64,000 nucleotides of DNA from Eledone cirrhosa (taxonomy: Eukaryota), in assembly GCA_964016885.1 (NCBI GenBank), contig OZ024755.1:10106001-10170000 (forward strand). Direction: 5' to 3'. Every line of letters starts with the position of its first letter. Within the stretch, counting starts at the first letter, position 1. Below, in pieces: positions 43,547 through 57,141 of this stretch. The translations under genes and the position numbers were made by a program. The notes under the pieces were generated by a model. It was not told where the DNA came from, searched no databases, and was given only the letters and a program-made list of their open reading frames with translations.

Positions 43547-44504
43547 GAGCTAAAAATACCCAAGCGTTATCCGGCAAATATCTATGATAATCCACTCTTT
43601 CTCCCAACAATGTTTACTATCCCCCAGTGTTTGATTCTTTCGTCTCTATATTTCTCATGAAGGACAACACAGCATGTGGGAGGTTTTAACATAACTTTGA
43701 AAATGATTTAGAATTTGTGGGGCTTTAATAGTTGATTTTACTTTAGGCACAAGGCTAGCAATTTGAAGAGGAGGGGAAAGGCGATTAAATCGACCCCAGT
43801 GCTTACTGGTAATTTATTTTATCGACTTCGTAAGGATGAAAGGCAAAGCTAACCTCAGCAGGATTTGAATTCAGAACGTAAAAGGTCGTAATTCTATGGC
43901 GCGAAGCATTTGGTCCGACGCTCTAATAATACTACAAACTTTCTCATTGTTCAGCTGGTGTGTGGAACATAGCTTAACATAGGTTCTTACATAAATTTAG
44001 ATAAATATAAACATTTTAAAGCAACCACGTTTATATCACATAGAAGCAGGGTCGGTATTCAGGCGGTTTGGTAACAAAGGGGATAATAACTGCCCCTTTA
44101 ACTTATGTTCGAGCCAGATTTTCTCAACTCTTTTACGCTGGTGGAACCCTTGAAATAGGTTTCATGCCACAGGGAATCTCTGCATAAAAATTATTATATA
44201 CCATTATTATTGGCAGTATCGGTAGAGGGTCGGACACCATTCTTTGACGCATAGAGTTACGGCCCTTTCCAATCTGAGTTCAAATTCCGCCGAGGTTAAC
44301 TTTGCCTTTCATCCTTACGGAGTCGATAAAATAAAGTACCAGTAATACACTGGGATAATTGCTGGCCTTGTGCCAAAAGTAGAAACAATTATTAATATCT
44401 GTTACTTTTAGCTTATTTATCAATCGCGGAACCCTAGGGTTCTGGGGAACACCATATGAGAAGGTCTGGTCTGCCAAAGAGTTCTCATGGCTACTCACTA
44501 TCAT

Positions 44505-44670
44505 AACAGGGTGTCATAGGGCTATCATGACAACCCTCCGTCTTAACAGCATGTCATAGAGACCCCATGGCCAAACCCTGTCTTAACAGGATGTCATAGA
44601 GACCCCATGGCCAAACTCTCTTAACAGGATGTCATAGAGACCCCATGGCCAAACTCTCTTAACAGTGTAT
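44505..44670. repeat. ~38-40-bp minisatellite, 3-4 copies
   Basis: TCTTAACAGGATGTCATAGAGACCCCATGGCCAAAC unit. Confidence 0.85.
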
Positions 44671-44804
44671 CACAGCGCTGCCCCCTGTCTTAAGAGGGAA
44701 AATAAGCTTAAAATGCTTTACACTACATTCAAATTACACGAATGCATCTAATGACTTCTAAAAGAATACTTAAAACTACAATAAAATAGATTTGTTACGA
44801 AGAC

Positions 44805-45015
44805 ACATGGCTACGTAGTGAGGGTGATCCTGGTAAGGCTGTGTGGTTAGGGTACTCGTGGTAAGGCTACATGGCTAGGGTGTTCATGGCTAAGGTGTTC
44901 ATGGTAAGGCTACGTATTGAGGGTGCTCCTGTTAAGGCTTAATGGCTAGGGTGTTCGTGGTAAGGCTACCTGCTTGGGGTGCTCCTGGTAAGGCTGTGTG
45001 GTTAGGGTGCTCGTT
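44805..45015 (+). repeat. ~28-bp minisatellite derived from a SINE head
   Basis: GGCTGTGTGGTTAGGGTGCTCSTGGTAA-like units; the last copy continues into the SINE-like head TTTCTCGATCGTAGAG. Confidence 0.7.
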
Positions 45016-45375
45016 TCTCGATCGTAGAGCAAAAAACTAAATTTTACGTCGATCCAGGCAAGCTCAGCTGGCAAAAAATAAAAAATAAATAGTTGTGCCT
45101 GTAGTTAAATAGGCCATCCTTATCATAGATAGTATAACCTTCAATCTTGTCGTGAAGAATATCAAAGGTACACGTGTCAGTGATATGCTCAGCCATGTGG
45201 ATAATTATTTTACGAGCACACCGATTCGTTTATCAAACTACTGGAGCACTCACCGTCGGAACCGACGGAAACCCAAAATATAACATGGACATACACAAAC
45301 ACATGTATGTATGTATGTATGTATGTATGTATGTATGTATGTATGTATGTATGTATGTATGTATGTATGTATGTA

Positions 45376-45412
<37 letters not shown>

Positions 45413-45569
45413 CTCCCCCTCCTCTCTCTCGACACATTACCTATGATGAAATCACAAGTGACACTGTTGAGAGACAATGTCAGGACTGAACTCTGCTCTG
45501 TTACAATCAGGAGATACATTTGTAAATATATAGACACAGATATATACCTACATACATACGTATATACAT

Positions 45570-45975
45570 GGTGGCTGCCAACTCGTTTTCGAGTACGGCC
45601 ACTACTTTATATCCCTGTAGGAGAACCCCTACCGATGCGCTGAACGAGTGTGACTTTTTAGTCCAGCCAGCGACTTGAAAACCCTGGTACAAACACTACA
45701 CTTGTGACAATTATTGACACATAGTGCTGGGCCCATCGTACCATGTGACGACAAGTGCAGAGAGATCTCCAGATATAAAGCAATGCCTGTGCCGTGAAGC
45801 TTTTATAGTGAGCAAACGCACTGCCCAAAGCCAGTCCCACTCTCTTAACCAAGATGATATTTACCAAAAAGAACAAGTCAACATCATTGGATACCATCAG
45901 GGTTACAGGTGTTATATCAGAGTTTTCCTTCTCCTAGAATTCTGCCTTGACAAAGGCTAAGGGGTCATCTCTCCC
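45570..45975 (-). mobile_element. Probable RTE-like LINE 5'UTR fragment
   Basis: Minus strand GACCCCTTAGCCTTTGTCAAGGCA..TTCTAGGAGAAGGAAAACTCTGATAT. The motif resembles RTE 5' regions (recall) and is shared with 53690-53930. Confidence 0.5.
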
Positions 45976-46545
45976 TATATATACATACATACATACATAC
46001 ATACATACAATATAAATACACATATATATACATACATAGATATATACAATATATAAATATACACACATATATATATACACGGAAAAAATAAAACGAAATT
46101 TCATACTTATATATATATACACATATGCATACATACTTATATATATATACACATGCATACATACACATACACACTTCCATACATTTATATATATGTACAT
46201 ATATACATACATGCATGTATACATATATGCATACATACATGCAGACGTGTACATATGCATACACTGTACGTAGATACACACATAAATATCTGAGTGTATC
46301 TATATATTTGTACATGAGTATGTATGCATTTGTGTGTGTGGGTGGTGGTGGTGGGGTGGTGGGGTGGTGTGTTTGTGTACTTATTGAACTGTATCGCCTG
46401 ATCAGAACTGCTGATTATATCGTCTGATAATCAGTCAATATTGCTGAAGTTCATCTAAAAGAACTGAAAGACCGAGAAGAAAGTCAAGCCGCGTCGTTAC
46501 ATAAGTGATATACATTTACAGTGTGCGTGTGTGTGTGCGCGCGTG

Positions 46546-46577
<32 letters not shown>

Positions 46578-47484
46578 TGTGTGTGTGTGTTTGTTTTATA
46601 TCAACAATGGCCCTTTCCATTCTGAGTTCAAATCCCGCCGAGGTTAACTTTGCCTTTCATCCTTACGGGGTCGATAAAATAAAGTACCAGTAATGCACTG
46701 GTATAACTGCTGGCCTTGTGCAAAAAATAGAAACAATTATATCAACAATAACTGAAAATACGTATTTCACTAAGAGGATCTATATAAGCATACACGTATA
46801 TATGTGTGTATGTATGTGTATATATACACACAAACACAATATATATATATATATAGGTGTGTGTGTGTGTGTACGTGTGTTCATATATGGTTTTTCACTA
46901 TCACCATTTAAGGACATTTAAGGACAGTTGTTGTATAAGCTGTATAAATTATAAATCGGGCGGTCTGACCCCAGAGATAACAAATGAGGTGACGTCAATT
47001 AATTATAGTCGTCATTAAAAGAATATTCTATAGAGTGTGGCTAATAAAAGCAGCTATCCAATCAGGATTATATGAAATCTTACTGAAACAAAATGGCTTC
47101 CCCTATCTATGGCAGATAATGACTGAGAAATTCCCAGATACATTGGCAAGTTATTTCTCATAAAACAGTTTCGTCTCCCAGATCACCTCACATCCATAAA
47201 ACATTCACTCTCATTTATTTAGTTTAGATAGTTTCACACATGGCCACTTTTAACAGCTATTTACATAAATACGTCTATAGAGCTATTTAGCATATGAATT
47301 GGACTTGTAATATATGTGTGCGTATATGCATGTGTATGTATGAAATGAGTGTATATGAAATGAGTGTGTATGAATGAGTGTGTAAGTATGAGTGTGTATG
47401 AGTGTGTATGAGTGTGTACGAGTATGTATGAGTATGTGTGTGTGTATGAGTGTGTGTGTGTATGAGTGTGTATGTGTCTGGCTG

Positions 47485-47529
<45 letters not shown>

Positions 47530-47598
47530 GTGATTCCGTGAATAACTGGTGGTGGTCACAGATCAAAACAAACCCTATATTTTTATCGGAGTGCCAAT

Positions 47599-47673
47599 CT
47601 GAAGAGCAGTTCGATAATGGAGTTGGGTCCATAACTTCTATGAATGACCCTGAGTCAATCCTCTGCGAAACGC
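47599..47673 (+). ncRNA. Hammerhead-ribozyme-like core with extended stem II (probably broken)
   Basis: CTGAAGA-GCAG-(53 nt with internal hairpins)-CTGC-GAAAC. No convincing UH cleavage triplet or stem I partner downstream. Confidence 0.35.
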
Positions 47674-47729
47674 ACATAACAGGTCGATACACAAAATTCC
47701 AAATACATGTAAACGAAAATTCATCATTC

Positions 47730-47789
<60 letters not shown>

Positions 47790-48836
47790 ATAATAATAGA
47801 TGTGAAGACTAAAATCCCTAGAGAGCTCGATAAGGATAATTTATATATATAAAATATATAAAACCATAGAGCAAATATTTATTAGAATAACAGATTAAAG
47901 TTTTACCGGTTTCGCTGTATTAGTAAAATTCATCTTATCAAATGCTGAGTATTTCAATTAAAAAGAACTAATAAGAATTAAAATCTAAAAATTAAAGATT
48001 TAAAATTAAGCGCTGAGGTAAGTTTTTTTTTCATCTTCCTTTTTGAGAAAGAATACACACACCTGTCGTGTGATATTTCAACTGGCTGCATAGATAATCT
48101 TTCGACTCACTATATCATTTACGCGAGATTCGTGAGATTCTACAGTATGAGTAATCTATTTACAGCACGCTCAGACCAGGTTCGTTGCTATGAACCTGGT
48201 CTGAGCGTTTTCAGCTTAATGGGAGGGTTTTTTGAGAGGGACATGGAATATCATTTACTTTTCGTAAAAACACAAAAGTCTCGCAACTGTTTTGAATTGT
48301 CTTCGGCTAGAAATTTGATACTTCAATATAGTTACGGTTGAACAGGAAGTTATCAGATAACCAAGAATATCAGCTGCAGTTATAACGAATCGACACATCA
48401 ACGAACGTGTCCAACACTAATCGTCATAATACTTTGAGCGTCATTATATTTCTCAGTGATACAACGTAAAAAGTATATTACATTTATGCAATGATTTTGC
48501 TGCGAATGAGTCAAACCAATCATTTTGTAAGTATTTCTATAAGTGGGACCTCATTAATTCACCTTGACTGTCATTGTCTTTTAGGTTATCTGAGTTTATT
48601 TATATATTTAAACTGTTGATTAAGCGCAGTGATGGCCGTGTTAAGGAGTGCACTTCACAACCATGTGGTTTCGGGTTCAGTCCCACTGTGTAGCCTCATG
48701 AAACCCGAGGTGGATTGAGCCAGCTCCATCGAAGGAATTTACAGTATAAGTTCATTTCAATGAAGTTTCTTCGGGCAATTGGTTTCTCAAACGGTACCCA
48801 GCCACAAGTATAAACACTTTAGGATAGTGCAATCTA

Positions 48837-49306
48837 GGCGGTCTTTCTGTGCGTAATAGCCATGATGAAAGAGGTTGTGTGGTGGACGCGCCTGAAAGGT
48901 CTGAGGTCGGGTGACTTTCTCTCCGGTCATCACCTGGTTTACTTCTTCCGATACCACTTCGGAAGAAGGATCAGGATGGAGAGAGAAGTGCTTGGCCCCA
49001 GACAGTTTTATGAAAGGTGGGTGAAAGAAGCGAGAATGGCTCGTGCAAATGGGCCTTCTCTCTACATTGTTCTGTAGGTGAAGAAGTGAAGAGGAAAGGG
49101 AGAGCGCCTCCTCTCTGGGCTTCCCCCGCGAAAAGGGTTGCACATTTTTCGGGGGTATGTGCAATCCCCAACACGCCCCCTCCCTTTTGAGGACTTTTTA
49201 TTATTATATTATTATTGTTATTCCTTTTTTTCTTTACTCGATTTATGTAAACTCCCCACTGTGTATTTGTCCCCTTCTTTTGTGCCCTCGTGGCAAATAA
49301 ATAGAA
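48837..49306 (+). mobile_element. 5'-truncated L1/Tx1-clade LINE, same family as 11205-12131
   Basis: KEVVWWTRLKGLRSGDFLSGHHLVYFFRYHFGRRIRMEREVLGPRQFYERWVKEARMARANGPSLYIVL*; 3'UTR AATAAA then TCTATCTATC; AATCTA on both flanks. Confidence 0.85.
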
Positions 49307-50096
49307 ATCTATCTATCGTGTGTGCGCGCGTGCGTGCGTACGGGCGTGCGTGCGTGCGCAAGAGAAATTTGGTCGGTGGAAACCAGACCTGTCAACTCTC
49401 CTCGTCTGGCGGGGAGATCTTCCATCCACTTTGGGATGGGTGAGAGATGTCTTCTCTTGTGAAAATGGGTATAGCTTCCATTTTGTCTCATTTCTTGCCG
49501 TTTGGGATTTTAGAGGTTAGCGGGAAACTGTGTCAAATCCCACCAGATGGACTGCACCTGTAATTCAAGAGTTCATCCTTGTCACACTGAATCTCCCTGG
49601 GAAATTACATTAAGTGTACAGGTGTCTATAGAATACTCGGAATTTCACTGAATCTTTCTAATAACTTTATAATACTTTGCCAGAGAATACTTTAATATTT
49701 TCAGTACATGTAGCCATATTGGAGTTAATAAAATGCAGACAATACAGTTTCTTACACATCTTGAACATACTGAGTCAATTCGAAAGTTTGAAAGTATTAC
49801 GTTAAGGCTACACGTGTTAGTGGAATAATCAGCCACTTTATACGTTGAATCACTAGTTGGACAGAGTGGGTGGGGGAGGGGGGGACAGGTAGGTGTGTGT
49901 GTGGGGGGGGGGCATGTAGGTGTGTGGGCGTGCGTGAGAGAGAAATTAGATAATTGTTGATCCTTTCCACTTATTAAAACCTATCGTCTGCAACAGTTTG
50001 CAGCTGAACAGCAGAGGCTGTCGGTCACTATGGTAACAAAGGGAAAAAGGTACGAGTGTCATAGCAACAGGCAATAATTCACCTGTACATATATGT

Positions 50097-50445
50097 GAGA
50101 GAGGGGGGGGGAGAGATGGGAGAGGGGGGGAGATGGGAGAGGGGGGATGAGAAGGGGTGAAGAGACGAGAGAGGGGAAGGAGAGATGAGAAGGGGGATGA
50201 GGAGGAGAGATGAGAAGGGGGATGAGGAGGAGAGATGAGAAGGGGGATGAGAGATGAGAAGGGGGAGGAGAGAAGGGGGAGGAGAGATGAGAGAGGGGGA
50301 GGAGAGATGAGAGAGGGGGAGGAGAGATGAGAGAGGGGGGTGAGAGATGAGAGAGGGGGGGCGAGAGGGGAGAGGGGGGGGGCGAGAGGGGGGGGGGGGG
50401 CGAGAGGGGCAGGAGAGATAAGAGAGCGGGCGGGGGGATAGGGTG
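50097..50445. repeat. Polypurine G/A-rich minisatellite
   Basis: GAGAGATGAGAGAGGGGGAG-like units; similar tracts at 55695-55905 and 58632-59070. Confidence 0.9.
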
Positions 50446-50733
50446 AGATTGCAAGTCCGTATGATATGTTACTGGAGATGCGACAAAGAAAAACAAAGTG
50501 TGTAGATATAAGTTTCTGATTTAAGTACATGGACAACAATTTGGGATTATATAGACCCCAGTACATTACTGGTACTTTATTTTGTCGACCCCGTAAGGAT
50601 GAAAGGCAAATCTAACTTTAGCAGGATTTGAACTCAGATTGTCAAGGGGCGTAACCCTTTGCCATAAAACATGTCCGGCGTTCTACCGATTCTGCCAATC
50701 CACCGCTGTTGGATGTGTAGATATCAGAGTATG

Positions 50734-50795
<62 letters not shown>

Positions 50796-51159
50796 TACAA
50801 ATCATCGAGAATCGTATTTCGGCCTATGGAATAACGAAAAACAACCTCTAAGTGCTCAATGATTCAGATGAACCAGAGCTATAACAAACGTTAAAGGCCA
50901 AACACACTGAGACGATGGTTAAACAATCATCCGCACAACCCCAAATAAAAAACGATCAAGTAATTCGGGTCAAACAAATAAAAATATATGTGATTGAAAA
51001 TTTACCCGGACCCCTGGAAGGTTGTTAAAATCCAGCATTTGGGTTTCTGCGACTCCTAAATCAAGTACTGTCCGCTTACATAAATAATGTTAGGCTTCTG
51101 GTAAGATGATTGAACAAGGAAGCCGCTTTTTCAACAGGTTATATATATATATATATATA

Positions 51160-51310
51160 AGCTCTCCTATCCCGATGTCATCTCCAGAGATTCTGGTATT
51201 GAAATCCAGGTCTTGGCATCGGCAATGAACAACAGACCCACGTGAAGATCAATTGTTGAGTCCATTTCGGCTGAGGCCGCCGGATGATGATGATGATGAT
51301 GATGATGATG
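51160..51310 (+). mobile_element. Second RTE-like LINE family 3' end with (GAT)n tail
   Basis: KLSYPDVISRDSGIEIQVLASAMNNRPT*RSIVESISAEAAG* followed by (GAT)n; resembles the C-terminus of the 41.8-kb element. Confidence 0.65.
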
Positions 51311-52679
51311 AGTTTGGTACCATGTGTGTGGCTCTATATGAGTATGTTGACAGGCAGATAGGTATACATAAAAAAAATTGTCGATCCACTTTCGTCCAAT
51401 CGGACCGAGGAAACAATGTTTCCGTCGGTCTTTCCAATTGCTAATACTATCTATCGGTCGCAACTCCAGGTAGAAGGAGCAACGTGAAATAAAGTGTCTT
51501 GCTCAAGGACATAACGCATCACCCGGTTCAAGAATCGAACTGACAACCACACGTCTTCACTAATAAATAAGTAAATATATATAAACAAAGAAAATGTGGT
51601 AAGAAACCAGGTGGACCATAACGCACTAGAATACTCGATACTTAGGGTAGCCGTCAGGGTCCTGACTCTTTTCATATATACACACACACACACACAAATA
51701 TATATATATATATAATATAAGATTAAAAGATGGTTAAAAGAGTTCCAAGTATTTTTTTATGCGCATTTCAAAAACAAATATCATCATGCGATGACATTTG
51801 TGTTTTCGTCAGATAAAATAGGGAGACATGATATGAAGGTTAAAAAAACACTTGTGAATAGTGCAGTTTTAAATCAACATATGAAAAGTAGTTTAAGATT
51901 AATGTGTGATATTGGGAAAAAAATGAGGGGTGGGGGTGGAAAAGGATGAAAAAAGAGGAGGAGATGAGAGTAAAGAATGGAGGGGGAGGAGTATAATAAG
52001 GAAGGATGAGATAGGAGGAGAGATGGTTGATAGAAAGAGAGAGAGATAGCCTTTATAACTGAGAAAAATATATCTTATATTATTTATACTCCAGTCCTAC
52101 AAACTGTAGAGTGCTACTTATCCGATGTCTGCATTGCTTTATTGTCCTACAATAAAACTCACCTCCTACACACATATATATATATATATGATGGACTCTC
52201 CAGCAGCTCTATCTTAGTCAGTTGTTGGATATCTATCTCTGACGTGTCACTTAAGTCCTGTCTATCTATGGGACTATCTTGCTAGATAACAACACAACTG
52301 CGGCGGGCTGCCAAGTTTGAGAAGCGATCAAACAATGTATAGGGCTCCTTTCCTCACTGCCTTCTTATATTGGGGAAAATAGTGCTATGTCTATAAAATA
52401 CCTCATTTGTCGCTATTGGAGGACTCAGATAGCGCAATTGTTCACTGGTTTGTGCTAGAACGGTCATCACTAAATGGTCACCACTGTGTAGAGTGCCAGC
52501 TAGAGACTTCCAGTATTATTCTCGACCTGTCACCAACCTCACAGCTGGATCTGTTACTGGTTCATGTTGTGTTCATCTGTTACTGGTCATGTTCATGTTG
52601 TGACCTTTTATATATATAGTCAGGACCCCGACCGCTGAGCTCCGGCCTTTTCGATAACTAGATCCGAACGTGTGTGTAT

Positions 52680-52714
<35 letters not shown>

Positions 52715-52734
52715 CATACATACATATATATATA

Positions 52735-53099
52735 CAGGGTGACCCATAAAATAAATTCTGTTTTATATGCATTATTTGGCAGTATCGGTGGAGGGTCGGA
52801 CGCCATGCTTTGACGCATAGAGTTACGGCCCTTTCCATTCTGAGTTCAAATTCCGCCGAGATTAACTTTGCCTTTCATCATTACGGGGTCGATAAAATAA
52901 AGTACCAGTAATGCACTGAGTAATTGCTGGCCTTGTGCCCAAAGTAGAAACAATTATTTAAATTATGTAAACATGTTGGGATGTTTACATACAATTGAAT
53001 TATGTCTAGATCATTTTAATTTTGGAAAAGGCTGTGCATTATAATAAATATTGCCTGTACAGGTAATCAAAGTGTGTATACAATTGTTGGTACACCCTG
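52735..53099. mobile_element. Tc1/mariner-type MITE with nested SINE family A (52777-52958)
   Basis: TA-CAGGGTG...CACCCTG-TA termini. Confidence 0.75.
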
Positions 53100-53220
53100 T
53101 ATATATACTTATACATATATATATATATATATATAAATACATGCAGACATCCATGTCACTATATGTTTAACGTTATTACGTACATGTTGCTATGACACCT
53201 TCAGTGTAAATGTATGCGAA

Positions 53221-53298
<78 letters not shown>

Positions 53299-53572
53299 TG
53301 AAGGAGAGAGATAAAGAGTGAGTGAGTGGGATGCAGGAGAGTGAGAGAAGGCGGAGTTGTGTAGATGTAAATATGATTCCATGGAGACGTATAAATTGGG
53401 TCTCTATGTGACCTAATAGAAGAATAGCCAATGAGAAGCAGGCATTCTCTTACACACCATTGGTTCTGCATCCTTTACGGGATGTGATTGCTTTTCAAAC
53501 ATCAACACGTCTATGTCAATTTATTTATTTATATATATATATTTATATATATATATATATATATATATAATG

Positions 53573-53603
<31 letters not shown>

Positions 53604-53689
53604 GAGTCAACAGTCATCCAAAAGAGTAAATATGTATATACACATGTACATATATATGTATATATGCGCGGGACAGAAATATTCGGGCT

Positions 53690-53930
53690 GGTTAAACCAC
53701 GTGGAGTGAAGGACCCCTAGCCTTTCTCAGGGCATTCTTCTAGGAGAAGGCAACTCAGGAAACTGGGATAACTCCGATATAAAACCTGCGGCTCAGTAGT
53801 TACCGATGATGTTGATCTTTGCTTCTTTTCGGGTTATAGCTACTGTCGCTCAGAGAGTGGGATTGGCTCAGTGCACAGTCTTTCCTCACTTTAAAACATA
53901 TCTTCACTCACAGGCATTGCACGATAGAAT
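53690..53930 (+). mobile_element. Probable RTE-like LINE 5'UTR fragment
   Basis: GACCCCTAGCCTTTCTCAGGGCATTCTTCTAGGAGAAGG; homologous to 45570-45975. Confidence 0.5.
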
Positions 53931-54038
53931 TAATAATTATTAATAATGGTATATCGTGTAATGGCCATACTCGATAACGAGGGGGCAGCTATCTCTCTCG
54001 TGTGGTGTGGTGTGGTGTGGTGTGGTGTGGTGTGGTGT

Positions 54039-54300
54039 GGAGACGCGTGGCCAAGTGGTAAGGTTGTTGGACTTACGATCATAATGTCGTGTGTTTGATT
54101 GCAGGGCTGAGTTACGTATTGTGTTCTTGAGCAAAACACTTCATTTCATGTTGTTCCAGTATACTCAGCTGAAAATGAGTACCAGCAATAGCTGGGGATT
54201 TTAACCCTGCGATGGACTGACGTCCTGTCCAGGAGCAAGTCTTGTACTCTCACGCCACGAAACAGGGATAAACACAAGCCTAACGAGCCATCTGGCTTAA
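54039..54300 (+). mobile_element. tRNA-derived CORE-type SINE, family B
   Basis: Head GGAGACGCGTGGCCAAGTGGTAAGG, CORE-like TCTTGAGCAAAACACTT, CCTGCGATGGACTGACGTCCTGTCCAGG block. Confidence 0.8.
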
Positions 54301-54309
54301 GAAACTTTA

Positions 54310-54344
<35 letters not shown>

Positions 54345-54347
<3 letters not shown>

Positions 54348-54640
54348 AGGGTAAAATTCTCGAGATCCATGGACGAGTTCTCTCCGGCGGTCTCTGTCCC
54401 TCATTATCGCTGCCATGTCCTGCGTCTCCAACAGACCAGTGTCTATCCTTAGGGCACCAACCTATGTTAACTTCGGTCTTCCTCTTCCAGTGTGCCCATG
54501 CAGGGGTTCCCACAGGAGCACTGAGTGCAGTGTCAACTCTGAATGTCGATAACCTCAGTCTCCTCTGTGTCACTTTTGAGCTGACTTTTGGGAGGCTCCT
54601 GTACAACTCCGAGTTCATCATCCTCAGTGTATACTTATTG
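54345..54640 (-). mobile_element. RTE-like LINE 3' end, colinear copy
   Basis: LRMMNSELYRSLPKVSSKVTQRRLRL...LLWEPLHGHTGRGRP...; same family as the 37.7-kb and 41.6-kb copies. Confidence 0.85.
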
Positions 54641-55283
54641 TTAAGGCTAAAATGTGAATCTTGTTACTGTAGAGTTTCGCCTGTTTATCACAGGGTCATT
54701 AGGCAAAAACTCTACTTCGGTATTGAATATTCTGTTCTGAGTCGTCAATGTCGTGCGTGCGCGTGTGCGTGTGTATATATATACATATCGTCTATTCCAA
54801 CGCCTACACAGACAACGAGGTGTTCTCCTTCATAGCAGTATTATGTAGGCTATAGTTTCCAGAGTTTTCTCTCGATTGTGCATCCCACATCCTGGCTAGC
54901 CACCAACATACTTAACGGGTTGAAATTCCATGTTCTCAGGAGGAAGAAAACTACGTGGAATTCCATTACCAAAACAATATAAGTCGTACTTTGTAAACAT
55001 ATAACTTACATTACACATATACACAAGAGCATTTGATGTTATTCCAAATTGAAGGATAAGTGTTTCAAACTTTGTTTTATCATGAGTTAAAGGTCTATAG
55101 ATTTTTCCATGGATTTTACTAAATTCTGTGGATGAATTTGTATCCTGATTCTCTTTTGAGATGAGTTTGAGTTATTTTTCCTAAATCTTTCGTTAACTAC
55201 TTTTCCCATCTTGACGTTATAGTCGCATATATGTTATAGAATGCCGTTAGCTTCTTGCTAAAACAATCTCTATACGTCTCATT

Positions 55284-55317
<34 letters not shown>

Positions 55318-55362
55318 TACACACACACACATATATATATATATATATTTATATAGTAATAA

Positions 55363-55548
55363 ATCTTTCTACTTTTGGTACAAGGCCAGCAATTATCCAG
55401 TGCATTACTGGTACTTTATTTTATCGACTCCGTAAAGATGAAAGGCAAAGTTAACCTCGGCGGGATTTGAACTCAGAATGGCAAGGGCCGTAACTATGCG
55501 TCAAAGCATGGCGTCCGATCCTCTACCGATACTGCCAATCCACCGCCC
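55363..55548 (-). mobile_element. Full-length SINE family A copy with 15-bp TSD
   Basis: TTTATATAGTAATAA at 55348-55362 and 55549-55563. Confidence 0.9.
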
Positions 55549-57093
55549 TTTATATAGTAATAATAAAGACAAAGACCAAAATCCAATGAGGACTCGATAA
55601 GTGTATATACACAAGTATATATAAATCCGTACACCAGATGCTCTATACATGTTTTATAAAAAATATGTGCGCCCTAACCTCCCAAATATTTGTGAGGGAG
55701 AGAGGGAGGGAGGGTGGGAGGGGGAGGGAGGGAGGGGGAGGGGGGGAGAGAGAGGGAGGGGGGAGAAGGCGAGGGAGGGAGAGAAGGAGGGAGAGGGAGG
55801 GAGAGAAGGAGAGAGATGGGGAGAGAGAGGGAGGGAGGGAGGGAGAGATGGGGAGAGAGAGGGAGGGAGAGATGGGGAGAGAGAGGGAGGGAGGGAGGGA
55901 GAGACGGTGTGGTAGTGAGAGGAAAAAGTCTACTCCAGTATCGTACTGGTATTTAATTTATCGACTTCTCTGCCTCGAAAGAATGAAAGGCAAAATTGAC
56001 CTCGGTGGGATTTGAACTGAGAGGGTTGAGCGCCGGAAGAGATACGGAGTCATTTTAAAATCGGACGTCTTAACGACTTTGCCAATTCACCGCCCTCGAC
56101 ATAAATCCTAAGCAAATGAGAATTCTACAGACATTCTATATATTCCACCTTATAGACAGAATGTTGTTTATCCTTCATCTGAGAAAATGGTAAGTGTATT
56201 TTAACATTGGTGCTGTTACTGGCTTGAACAATTCCAGGAATGTTTCTGACAAACTTAGCAATTTCCGATAGCATTACCATCGCCATTATCACCATCGTTA
56301 TCGTTGTTGCTATTATCGTCACCATCCTCCACCTCATCAGCACCACTATCACCATCACATCATTATTTGTATTATTGACGATATATCCTCCGTCAATTTC
56401 GAAGATGAGCATTCAGTTCGATCAACTGAACGTTCGACTCATGAATTAACGTGTAAGTGGTCGAGTATTCCATAGACCTGTGTACCGTTAACATAATTCT
56501 ATCAGAGATATTCAGTGTGACACAGTTTTTGACAAGGCTGGCCCTTTGAATTACAGATACACCATGGGTGAATCGCATCGATTCCAAGGAATTGATATCG
56601 ACCAGTTTGGTGACCACTGAACTAAATATTTAAAGCATTTCCTCTGGTGTGCTACATTTTCTATTAACTCTGTCAACTCCTCGTCATATAATACAGGTAG
56701 CTTCTAAATGGCAATATAAGCAGCTAAAAATAGCAACCAAACCACTCTCAATTCGTCTTAAAAAAAGAACGCAATTAGAAAAAGAAGAGCGCAATTAGAT
56801 AATAAGGGTTTGTTGGGTTACATTGTCTGGAAAACAAAAATGCAGGAAAACACACACACAGACAGACAGACACACATACACACAAAGAGACGTAAAAAAG
56901 GATGGTTGCCATAGATAGAATACTTTTATATATTTGTTCAATCTGAACTGACCCGAGATCAACAAGAATACAATAGAATAATGTGGTTTTAAGTTGCACT
57001 GTCTGAAATATACAAAAGCGGGATGGTCAGACGTGTATGTTGCTCGATCTGGGTTGAGCAGAGATTAAATAACTACACTCTGCCTTATATGTC

Positions 57094-57141
<48 letters not shown>

